A DNA stretch of 64,000 nucleotides, taken from NCBI GenBank assembly GCA_035556295.1, contig DATMFE010000363.1, forward strand, positions 25,131-89,130, read 5' to 3'. The notes under the pieces are model-generated. The model did no database searches and had not been told where the DNA came from. It worked only from the letters and a program-made list of their open reading frames with translations. Within the stretch, counting starts at the first letter, position 1; every line of letters starts with the position of its first letter. A program made the position numbers and the translations under genes. This DNA comes from Ureibacillus sp. Lineage in GTDB: Bacteria > Bacillota > Bacilli > Bacillales_A > Planococcaceae. Positions 30,922 through 39,751 of this stretch are shown here, piece after piece.

Positions 30922-31427
30922 AAAAATCCTCCCCATATGTAAGCAATAAATGTCCCTAATACAATGGCTATCCCATATGGAAATGAATATTTAGTTATTT
31001 CTCCAGTTGGAGAATGTATTTCTTTCATATTTCCTCTAAATACTGTAAATGTCACGAACATATGAGATGCTACCTGTTTAAAACTCATTCTTCTCAGTAG
31101 GAAAATTAAAGATATTATTCCACCAATTACAGCTGTAAAAAAAAAAGCCTGAAATACAAAAGCTGATCCCATTAAGGCACCAATTGCTCCCATTAATTTG
31201 ACATCTCCTGCACCCATTCCGCCAAAGTAAAAAGGAATAAGTAGTACGAATAAACCAAGTAAAAATCCACTAAAGCTAAACCATAATCCATCCAAACCAG
31301 AATCAACAGTGAAATAAAAAATACCTATAATAATAGCCGGTATTGTCACGACATTCAATATTTTTCGACTATAGATATCTGTGAATAAAGATATTAGTAA
31401 TACTAACAATAAGATAAGCTCAATCAT
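30918..31427 (-). CDS. cpaA: Prepilin peptidase A24 (CpaA/TadV)
   Basis: TDIYSRKILN, GGMGAGDVKL, FPYGIAI. Confidence 0.88.
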   Translation of the reverse strand: MIELILLLVLLISLFTDIYSRKILNVVTIPAIIIGIFYFTVDSGLDGLWFSFSGFLLGLFVLLIPFYFGGMGAGDVKLMGAIGALMGSAFVFQAFFFTAVIGGIISLIFLLRRMSFKQVASHMFVTFTVFRGNMKEIHSPTGEITKYSFPYGIAIVLGTFIAYIWGGFL

Positions 31428-31459
31428 TTAGATAATTAACCCCTTTTAAGAGATTTTAA

Positions 31460-31491
31460 TAAAGCCTCGCTTTTTTTAAAGAGAGGCTTTA
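31460..31491 (-). terminator. Hairpin between flp and cpaA (partial terminator or mRNA stabiliser)
   Basis: TAAAGCCTC-loop-GAGGCTTTA. Confidence 0.55.
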
Positions 31492-31507
31492 TAATCAAAC
31501 TTTGGTT

Positions 31508-31666
31508 TTATAGATTTCCAGCTACTCTTGTAAATAGTGCTGATATAGCATTTGTTAATGTTGGTAATGCAGCAGCTACAATCAAACCAACTAATGCTAT
31601 TAACAACCCATACTCCACCATCCCAGCTCCTTCTTCTTCCTTAACAAGTCGTTTTAAAAAGTTCAT
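31508..31666 (-). CDS. flp: Flp/Fap major pilin, 52 aa (not in ORF track)
   Basis: MNFLKRLVKEEEG|AGMVEYGLLIALVGLIVAAALPTLTNAISALFTRVAGNL with G|xxxxEY Flp motif; GGGAGG RBS; first gene of the tad operon. Confidence 0.93.
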   Translation of the reverse strand: MNFLKRLVKEEEGAGMVEYGLLIALVGLIVAAALPTLTNAISALFTRVAGNL

Positions 31667-31966
31667 TCATATTCCTCCCAATATTGTTTTTTTTTTGAGC
31701 TTGCACGTACTTCAAAAGTATGTAATTGTAAAAATCATAGGCTTAAAGACTTTATCGTACTAGTTCAGCGCTCACAACAAGTTATGAAGGATATAGTCTA
31801 TTTATCACAACCTAGAACATAAATATATTTGTAAAAAATTGTCGATAGTATAAAACTTGTTTTCTACTAGTTAAATTTTCTATTGTAAAAATACTATTAT
31901 TTTAAGCATATAAAAAAGCACTTCTAAATGAAGTGCTCCAAAAGTTCTGCAATTAGTATTGCCCTA

Positions 31967-32518
31967 TTATATTTTTAATTCATATAATGTATCTTCGTTC
32001 GAATCGATAATTTTAATTATATACTCTTTCTTCGCTTTAACTTTTGATAAATCCACATACCAGATGCAGTAACCTTCGACATTGTATAAGTCTACTACAT
32101 CTACATTTAGATCCATTTGCATTAGTTCCGCATCTACATCATTTACCGTTACACGAACCTTGCCATCTGGTTTGATGAGGCCAAATAATATTTTACTATC
32201 AGAATATGCTGCAGCGATTTTATTGAATTCTAGTGGACTTGGTAAGTTTGACTGAACTCCTTCACCCAGGCTCCAGCCTCTTAAATTTTTCGTGACAATG
32301 CTTGTCCCAAAGTAATTTCCGTTTGATAAATAGAAATACCTTTGTTCATTGTCCGTTTTTGGTCCTTTGATCCATTCATATTGTTGGTCAGTTGGTAGTG
32401 CATCTTCAGCCGATTTTTTGCCTTCCCCATCAAAATGAATAAAATACTGATTAATTAAAAATGCAAGTACTATAATTGCTAATACTATTAATAGTATTCT
32501 AACTACACGTTTTTTCAA
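31967..32518 (-). CDS. Hypothetical membrane-anchored/exported protein
   Basis: Basic N-terminus plus TM, soluble beta-rich remainder. Confidence 0.7.
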   Translation of the reverse strand: MKKRVVRILLIVLAIIVLAFLINQYFIHFDGEGKKSAEDALPTDQQYEWIKGPKTDNEQRYFYLSNGNYFGTSIVTKNLRGWSLGEGVQSNLPSPLEFNKIAAAYSDSKILFGLIKPDGKVRVTVNDVDAELMQMDLNVDVVDLYNVEGYCIWYVDLSKVKAKKEYIIKIIDSNEDTLYELKI

Positions 32519-32545
32519 TTCTACACCTACTCAATTGTTCATTTC

Positions 32546-33376
32546 TTAACCCTTCATCCATTTTCCGATAAAGATAGAAACTACACCTTGTAATTCGGGC
32601 ATTTGTCGTGTGAATTTCAATACAAAGTATAAGTTTTTCATGAAATGAAGCGTATTTGTTCGTGCTGAGAAATATAGTGGTGTATATCCACTTGTCATTA
32701 AATAGTATTGTAATTTGTCGAAAACTTGTTCAACCCACTCAATAAATAATTGTTCTGGGATATCCTTTGAAATTAACTTCTCTATAATATTTGAAAATCT
32801 TTCTTCCTCATCGTCTACGTAAACTGAACCTTTCCAAAAGCTATCTTTAATGCCACTAAGAATAGTTGGAGTAAAACGAAGCTCGAATGCAGAATGGGAA
32901 ACAATTGACAAAATCATCTCGGCACCATTCGACATTGCCGATGCCCAACCTTTTTCGCCTAAGTATCCTCTAACATCTTTCTCCCTACTTAAATAAGATG
33001 TACATGAGTTAAATATACTCCTAGTTTGTTCGTTTGATAGAAAATGGATTTGTTTATCTACACGAATCAGACTCGCTAGCCATAAAGCTGAAAAAGATCG
33101 TAAGAAAACAGAATCCGTCTCTTTTTCACCAATGGAATTGAACAAAAACTGATCACTCGATAATTTTAACGTTAAGTCCAGCATTTGTTCTTTCGATAGT
33201 AAATTACTCGATAAAAGTTCAATAAATAATCGATAATTTAGTTTATCTCTTAGTTCATCTTCAGGAATACCAATCAATTCTGTCATTTGTTCCAAAAGGC
33301 GATCACCATTTGAAGACATATAGTGCGCTCTTTCTAAATCATTCATTAATAATATTTTCTCAAGTGTATCTTTCAT
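32546..33376 (-). CDS. DUF2785-like helical protein
   Basis: ELRDKLNY, DSVFLRSFSALW, EKDVRGY..KGWA, DDEEER. Confidence 0.75.
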   Translation of the reverse strand: MKDTLEKILLMNDLERAHYMSSNGDRLLEQMTELIGIPEDELRDKLNYRLFIELLSSNLLSKEQMLDLTLKLSSDQFLFNSIGEKETDSVFLRSFSALWLASLIRVDKQIHFLSNEQTRSIFNSCTSYLSREKDVRGYLGEKGWASAMSNGAEMILSIVSHSAFELRFTPTILSGIKDSFWKGSVYVDDEEERFSNIIEKLISKDIPEQLFIEWVEQVFDKLQYYLMTSGYTPLYFSARTNTLHFMKNLYFVLKFTRQMPELQGVVSIFIGKWMKG

Positions 33377-33710
33377 GTTGACCCCCTATTATCTATGTAT
33401 AATATTAACCTTCAAAATCCAATATGGCTAATATACTGCTAACCTTATTTCCGATTAAAATGACGTAATGTAAATAAAACCTACAAATAGCTTCAATTTC
33501 CCCTCTAATTCCATTCATTTTTATGTATAAAACTTCTGAGTACATGCGTTCTTTCGAGCGTACCCATTTGCATAAGTTCAAGTATTAGAAATACTTTACA
33601 TATCCAATAGTAGTAATAATTTCAAATTAATCTTTAAAAATACGATTAAATCTTGATTAATTTAGTAAAAATAAGAGTATCATCCAGATTTACTGTGAAG
33701 GAGGTATTAC

Positions 33711-35645
33711 ATGGCCATTATGAAACTGTTTTCTGCGTTTTTTTCTAACGTGAAAACAATGAAACGTGCCATCCAAAAATCAAGAAAAGGTGACCAAATC
33801 AAATTATCACCCAAAGTATATAAAGAATCAATTCAGTTTGATAAAGATGTATTGATCTCCGCTAACGGGCAAGAAGAAACCGTTATGGAAGGAATATTCA
33901 TCATTCCTAAATCTGTTGAAGTTACATTACAAAACGTGACCATCTCACCTACATCTCAAATTTTTGTCGAAGGTACACTGAAATTAGAAAATTGCCGAAT
34001 CATAGGCATTAAAACGGATGCTCTCATATCAGTTAGCGACGGTGTTATTCACTTAGAAAATTGTGAATTAAGAAATGCTAGAGAAGTAGCCGTGGCATTA
34101 CTCAATCATTCTAAGGCTGTATTTAAAAACTGTATTTTCCACTCTAACGGAAAAATGCAAGTCTTAATACAACAATCGGAAGCAATTATCGAAAAATGTG
34201 AATTTACAAATGCAAAACATGCCATCAGTGTTAAAGAAGATTCTAAGCTCTATTCCGATAAAAACCACTACCACCAACATTCTGGTACGCAAATCATTGT
34301 AGATCACTCACTATTTGAGGATTTTGGTAGTATTTTAGAACGTGGTAACGGCAGTGGAATTTACGGATTAAATGGAGCAGAAATTACGATTAATAGTAGT
34401 ACATTACGATTTCACCAATTACCGCAAATATGGTTAGAAGAAAGTACTTTCAAAGGCCATCACTGTGTTATTCAAAACGGAAAAGAATCTGGAATTTGTT
34501 TAACAGACTTCACTGAAGCAACAATTTCATATTGTGAGATTTCACATCATCCAAAAGAAAATATACTCATAACAAATAAGTCTCGTGCCAATATTGAACA
34601 GTGCCATATCCATTCAGGTAATGACATTGGTGTAAAATTAAAACAAGAAGCGATTGCGAATTTCAATGAGACAATTATAAAATATCATAAATTATCCCAA
34701 GTTTATGTTACCGATCAATCCATTCTATCCATGAGTGGCTGCATTGTAAAAGAAGGTTATTATATTGGTGTTTTTGTAGATAAACGAGGAAATGCATCTC
34801 TTGTTAGAAGTGAGATATCAAAACATGAAAATGCAGCCTTCACAATAATTGATGCACAACTGAATGTATACGAATGTGAAGTGATGGAGAATAAAGGAAA
34901 TGGAATTCTAGCAATTGAAAAATCATCCGTCGATATTGAGTATTCGAAGTTTTATGATAACTACATGCCACATATTGCCTGTAAAACGAACGTAATCATT
35001 ACCATGTCTCAATCTGAATGTTTTAACGGAAAAAGCATCTTTGCAGTCAATAAAAGCGAAATTTTCGTGTTTGATAGTAAGTTCTATAATTGTGACCAAG
35101 TGCAAATCGAAGTAAGCGACCACTCTACTGCTGTATTTGAACATTGTCATATATTTAATGGTGGTTCCTATGGCATTAAAATCACTCGCAATTCTATTTC
35201 AAACTTCATTAATAGCCAAATTAGTCATCATTCCCTAGCCCAAATTGTAGTGAATGATAGTTCTCTCATTATTTATAATAGTGAATTACTAGAGGGTAAA
35301 CGAAACGCATTACTAATTCAAAATCATAGTGAAGTATTTATAAGAGACAGTTATATTGCGAAGCATCTAAAACCACAAATATTGATTGATTATGAGTCGA
35401 CAGTAGATTTAGAAGGTGTTCAAATGGCTGATGGGCACCAGTCAGATTTGTTGGCACAAAATCGTTCCGCAATTTATGTGTCTGATAGTATTATTCGAAA
35501 TGATCATTATCGCTATAATGTGCAGGCAATGAATTATTCAAAAATTAAACTGAAAAAGACTGTTATTGAAAATAAGTTTGGTGAAGTCTTTTATAGTGAA
35601 AATAATAGTTTTATTACCACTACTCTAGATGAAGTGGATTCATAA
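33711..35645 (+). CDS. Right-handed parallel beta-helix repeat protein
   Basis: Repeating ~23-aa units (..CEISHH..NILI..; ..HQLPQIWL..); no signal peptide; AAGGAGG RBS. Confidence 0.8.
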   Translation: MAIMKLFSAFFSNVKTMKRAIQKSRKGDQIKLSPKVYKESIQFDKDVLISANGQEETVMEGIFIIPKSVEVTLQNVTISPTSQIFVEGTLKLENCRIIGIKTDALISVSDGVIHLENCELRNAREVAVALLNHSKAVFKNCIFHSNGKMQVLIQQSEAIIEKCEFTNAKHAISVKEDSKLYSDKNHYHQHSGTQIIVDHSLFEDFGSILERGNGSGIYGLNGAEITINSSTLRFHQLPQIWLEESTFKGHHCVIQNGKESGICLTDFTEATISYCEISHHPKENILITNKSRANIEQCHIHSGNDIGVKLKQEAIANFNETIIKYHKLSQVYVTDQSILSMSGCIVKEGYYIGVFVDKRGNASLVRSEISKHENAAFTIIDAQLNVYECEVMENKGNGILAIEKSSVDIEYSKFYDNYMPHIACKTNVIITMSQSECFNGKSIFAVNKSEIFVFDSKFYNCDQVQIEVSDHSTAVFEHCHIFNGGSYGIKITRNSISNFINSQISHHSLAQIVVNDSSLIIYNSELLEGKRNALLIQNHSEVFIRDSYIAKHLKPQILIDYESTVDLEGVQMADGHQSDLLAQNRSAIYVSDSIIRNDHYRYNVQAMNYSKIKLKKTVIENKFGEVFYSENNSFITTTLDEVDS

Positions 35646-35676
35646 TTCGTTATGATCCATTTCATCTTTTATATTA

Positions 35677-35740
35677 AGTTTACATAATAAAATTATTGGA
35701 GATTCATCATTTAACTTTACATAATATAATTATCATTTAC
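35677..35740 (-). repeat. Two tandem XerD-arm (dif half-site)-like motifs, 37 bp apart
   Basis: AGTTTACATAA (reverse complement TTATGTAAACT) at 35677-35687 and ACTTTACATAA at 35714-35724, each followed by N5-TTAT. Confidence 0.5.
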
Positions 35741-35947
35741 AATCCTTACCTATTTCGTATTATTTAGTATCATTTAGAATAAAATGTTCTAATTATGTCA
35801 TTTATAGTTTTCGAAATTACAATTCTATGAGAAAATAACTCTTTGGTTGATAAGAATGGTGAATGATCTTATCCGCAAAAGGAAAAAAGGCTATTCCAAA
35901 TGAATTAAGCGATAGCCAGTTTTTCTAAGAAAGGAAGTTCAAAAACG

Positions 35948-37057
35948 ATGACTACATTAGAAAAGATTACTCCTCAATTTGATCCTTGGGAAGCTTATAT
36001 GGATATAGAGCAACATGGTCAATTAACTCTTTCTAATATTGAGTTTACAACAACAACATTATGTAATATGAGATGTGCGCACTGCGCAGTTGGATACACA
36101 TTACAGACAAAAGACCCTACCGCATTACCACTTGAATTAATAATAAAACGTCTTGAAGAAATACCTCAATTAAGATCTCTTAGTATTACAGGCGGAGAAC
36201 CAATGCTTAGTAAGAAATCGGTACAAAATTACGTAAAGCCGATTTTAAAATATGCACATGAACGTGGTATTCGTACCCAAATGAATTCCAATTTAACTGT
36301 CGATGGGGAAAGATATTTAGAGATTGCACCTTATTTGGATGTCCTACATATATCGCATAACTGGGGAACGATTGAGGAATTTGTTGAAACAGGGTTTGCC
36401 ATGATGGAAAGAAAACCAACCTTTGATCAACGTGCTGCATTATTTGATCGAATGATTGAAAATTCACGAATGCTTTCAGAGCAAGGTGTTATGGTATCAG
36501 CTGAAACAATGCTCAATAAAAATACAATCCCTTATATAGAACACATACATCATCAAATCGTAAATGAAATGAAGTGTGCAAGACACGAAATACATCCGAT
36601 GTACCCATCCGATTTTGCTTCATCCCTTACTTCTCTTTCTCTTGATGAAATTCGTAAGGCAATCCATCAACTACTCGATATTCGAGATGAAAATACTTGG
36701 ATGCTATTTGGTACACTTCCCTTCTACCCTTGCAGCATGAATGAAGAAGACCAAGCATTATTAACGAGATTACGCCAAGCAAAGAATGTTACGCTCCGAA
36801 ATGATCCAGATGGTCGCTCTCGATTAAATATTAATATTTTCACAGGAGATGTCATTGTAACTGATTTTGGAGATACTCCTGCTTTAGGAAATGTTCAAAC
36901 CGATTCATTACCTGAAATATTCAACAAGTGGTTAGAAACTGACTTAGCTAAATCGCTAAACTGTCACTGTCCAGCAGTTAAATGCTTGGGTCCCAATGTT
37001 CTTGTGAAAAATATGTACTACAAGGATTCACAGTTTATAAGCGGAAGCGTAAAATAG
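35948..37057 (+). CDS. yfkA: Radical SAM / CxCxxxxC protein YfkA(B)
   Basis: DPWEAY, CNMRCAHC, ITGGEP, RNDPDGRSRLN, CHCPAVKC. Confidence 0.92.
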   Translation: MTTLEKITPQFDPWEAYMDIEQHGQLTLSNIEFTTTTLCNMRCAHCAVGYTLQTKDPTALPLELIIKRLEEIPQLRSLSITGGEPMLSKKSVQNYVKPILKYAHERGIRTQMNSNLTVDGERYLEIAPYLDVLHISHNWGTIEEFVETGFAMMERKPTFDQRAALFDRMIENSRMLSEQGVMVSAETMLNKNTIPYIEHIHHQIVNEMKCARHEIHPMYPSDFASSLTSLSLDEIRKAIHQLLDIRDENTWMLFGTLPFYPCSMNEEDQALLTRLRQAKNVTLRNDPDGRSRLNINIFTGDVIVTDFGDTPALGNVQTDSLPEIFNKWLETDLAKSLNCHCPAVKCLGPNVLVKNMYYKDSQFISGSVK

Positions 37058-37220
37058 ATAAACGACTGCTTAGGATATTGTTCTAAGCAGTTTTTTATAT
37101 ATTTAACTTCATTCTAATAGATAAAAGGATTACACTATAATATAGTGCCATTGGTATATTTTTATGAAGTCAGCAAACAATAGGTTTGAATATTTGAAAA
37201 ATGTTAAGGATGTGCATGGA

Positions 37221-38252
37221 GTGATGGGTAAAACTAATTTCACAATAAAATTACTATTACCTTTATTTTGCACTGCTATTCTTTTTGGCTGTAATTCACA
37301 AGAACATACAATTAAAAATGAACAACAAATCGTTTATAGTAAGCAGATGTCCACTGAAGCGCTCACTGACGGTAAATCATTAACGATTCATACGGTCGAA
37401 TTTTCTAGCAATAACAATGTTAATAATGTCGCTGTAGCACTATTTGATTTTGAGACGGGTGAAAAAATTGCATCTACTACAGTGAATGATAATGGAAATG
37501 CAATATTCAACATGGTGGAACCAAATCAGCCTTATGAGGTTGTTATTTATAAAATTGAACTAACAGGTGAATTCTCTGAACAAACACGAGATACAATCGT
37601 TTTTGATCCAGCCAATCCAATTTTAACGATTGAAACATTTAATGCAAGTTCTACGAAAAGTTTAGCAGTTCCCATTGTTAAACAAAATCCTGAGCTCCCA
37701 AATGGATGCGAGGTAACCTCATTAACAGCTATTTTAAATTATTATGGTATTGATGTGGATAAAGTCACTTTAGCAAAAGACTACTTACCTACCTCACCGG
37801 TAACAAAAAAAGGTAATCAACTCTACGGTCCAGACCCATATAAAGCATTTGCTGGTGACCCTGCAAAAAAATATGCAGGATATTATGTATTTGCAGACCC
37901 AATTGTTGATGTAGCAAATCAGGTTTTATTTGAACATAATAGCAATTATAAAGCCTTAAATTTAAGTGATGTTTCTAGGGAAGAAATATTATCCTATGTG
38001 AATTCTGGTGTACCTGTATTAACCTGGACTACAATTGATTGGAAAGAACCAAGAACTTCAGGGTATTGGATCATTGAAGACACGAAAGAAAAACATCCTA
38101 TATATATGAACCTACATGCAGTTGTTTTAACTGGTTATGCTGATGGAAAAGTAACAATTATGAACCCTTTATCTGGCAATGAAACAATTGACGAAAAAGT
38201 ATTTTTTAGTACGTTTAAATCCCTCGGTTCTCATGCAATAGTAATTCTATAA
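37221..38252 (+). CDS. C39-like (YvpB-type) cysteine peptidase lipoprotein
   Basis: Lipobox ILFGC; QNPELPNGCEVTSL catalytic Cys; LHAVVLTGY; start uncertain (37164/37221/37224). Confidence 0.8.
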   Translation: MMGKTNFTIKLLLPLFCTAILFGCNSQEHTIKNEQQIVYSKQMSTEALTDGKSLTIHTVEFSSNNNVNNVAVALFDFETGEKIASTTVNDNGNAIFNMVEPNQPYEVVIYKIELTGEFSEQTRDTIVFDPANPILTIETFNASSTKSLAVPIVKQNPELPNGCEVTSLTAILNYYGIDVDKVTLAKDYLPTSPVTKKGNQLYGPDPYKAFAGDPAKKYAGYYVFADPIVDVANQVLFEHNSNYKALNLSDVSREEILSYVNSGVPVLTWTTIDWKEPRTSGYWIIEDTKEKHPIYMNLHAVVLTGYADGKVTIMNPLSGNETIDEKVFFSTFKSLGSHAIVIL

Positions 38253-38298
38253 ATAAAGAGAAGTGTGAACAATATAGGTTCACACTTCTTTTTATTTC

Positions 38299-39561
38299 CT
38301 ATTTATTTTCAATGATTTTCTTATAAGCTTCATCTATAAATAATTTGTCAATTGTATTTGGGAATCCTTCAACTTCATTTGATGCGTATAAAATTTCTCT
38401 TTTAGCAGCTTCTCTATCCCCTATTTCTAGGTAGCATAATGCCCTTACAGCAAAACATTTGTACAACGTTGAAAGATCATATGGATGATGAATATTAGAA
38501 GGAATACTAAAGTTATCACTACAGTTAATTGCTTCTATATATTGGCCAAGTGCCCATAAAGCATACGTTTCTTCTGCGACAATATACCCTAATAAAGACT
38601 TCAATATTCCATATCGATCTGGTTGTAATTTCTTCGCTTCTTTAGCGATTTCAAGTGTTCTTCTATAATCTTTCTCAATTAAATTCAAATAAAATGTTTC
38701 ACAACAAATGTAAGAGTATTGAGACAATATGTCTTCAGTAAAATCAGCATGAAGCTTTAGTTTTGTTATATAATATTTACTCTTCTCTAAATCATTACGA
38801 CTCATTACTTGAACTAACATAAAGCGATAAAAGTCATCAATACGATAATAAATTTTATTTTTTTGTGCGATATCTATTGCCAATTCTAAGTTTTTTTCTG
38901 TATTTGGAACATCATCAACTGCTGCATATAAAATCGTTAGAAGGTAATACATATCTAACTTCGATAAGTGATCCACTAGATGGACATAAGGTTCAATCTT
39001 TGCTTCAGCTTGTTTTACATATTGAAGCGCCTTATTAAAGTCCTTTTGTGTAAACGCCCTTGAAGCCAAAAAAGTAAAGCAATTTACCACTCGGTTATAA
39101 GCATGAATTTTTTCGTATAGATGGATTACACTGTACATTTCTTCTTCTAGATCTGCAGCTTGATTGAGGAAAGACTTCAATCGTAAATGTAAATCCAGAA
39201 GTCGAATTTCCTCGTAATTATTACCAAGTAAATGGTCCTGAACATGCATAATTTTTTCTATTATTTGTTTAATATTGTCGACTTGATTAGGATTGAATGG
39301 ATCTTTTATATTGGAGTAGTCTTCCTCAACAACGAGTAATAGTTCCCGTATTTCTTTAATTTGACCGTCGTTTAATAATAAAGAGACGTCTACATTTAGC
39401 TGTTGAGCAATGTAATGTAAGCTATCCATTGATGGATTAGCTTTCCCGTTTTCGATGAGACTTAACATCCCCTTTGTTAACCGTTTACCAGCCAACTCTG
39501 CAAGTGTCATTTTCTTTTCTTTTCTTAAATTTTTTATACGATTCCCAATGGCATTCAACAC
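38299..39561 (-). CDS. XRE-HTH plus TPR-like transcriptional regulator (RRNPP-like architecture)
   Basis: IGNRIKNLRKEKKMTLAELAG..LSLIENGKANPS, followed by ~350 aa of helical repeats. Confidence 0.85.
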   Translation of the reverse strand: MLNAIGNRIKNLRKEKKMTLAELAGKRLTKGMLSLIENGKANPSMDSLHYIAQQLNVDVSLLLNDGQIKEIRELLLVVEEDYSNIKDPFNPNQVDNIKQIIEKIMHVQDHLLGNNYEEIRLLDLHLRLKSFLNQAADLEEEMYSVIHLYEKIHAYNRVVNCFTFLASRAFTQKDFNKALQYVKQAEAKIEPYVHLVDHLSKLDMYYLLTILYAAVDDVPNTEKNLELAIDIAQKNKIYYRIDDFYRFMLVQVMSRNDLEKSKYYITKLKLHADFTEDILSQYSYICCETFYLNLIEKDYRRTLEIAKEAKKLQPDRYGILKSLLGYIVAEETYALWALGQYIEAINCSDNFSIPSNIHHPYDLSTLYKCFAVRALCYLEIGDREAAKREILYASNEVEGFPNTIDKLFIDEAYKKIIENK

Positions 39562-39671
39562 TTACACCTCAATTTTGTTTCATATTCCGTCGAATCAAAT
39601 GTTGATAAGACAGTATAAGTTTAATCTCTTTAATCATATTATAGCACTTGTAACATCATAATTGCTAAATT

Positions 39672-39744
39672 TGTTTAATTTTATTAAACATTTTTGTTGC
39701 CTTTTTTCAAATTATGGAATATTATAAGTTTAATTAAATTAAAC
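39672..39744. promoter_or_regulatory. Two palindromic operators flanking a SigA-type promoter of the MFS gene
   Basis: TGTTTAAT-N3-ATTAAACA (39672-39690) and GTTTAAT-N3-ATTAAAC (39728-39744); TTGCCT-N17-TATTAT between them. Confidence 0.65.
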
Positions 39745-39751
39745 ATTTGAG

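Noticed and set aside
31680-31800. c-di-GMP or c-di-AMP riboswitch upstream of flp
   Set aside because: Core GEMM-I, c-di-GMP-II and ydaO motifs are absent; only short chance matches such as CGCTGAA.
24420-31960. Tad locus as a mobile element with att sites
   Set aside because: No integrase, transposase or flanking direct repeats were visible.
33546-33563. Small GC-rich hairpin upstream of the beta-helix gene
   Set aside because: Too short, no T tract and no recognisable RNA family.
35676-35703. Chromosomal dif site
   Set aside because: 5-bp spacer, weak XerC arm and no switch in gene orientation; kept only as a XerD-arm candidate.
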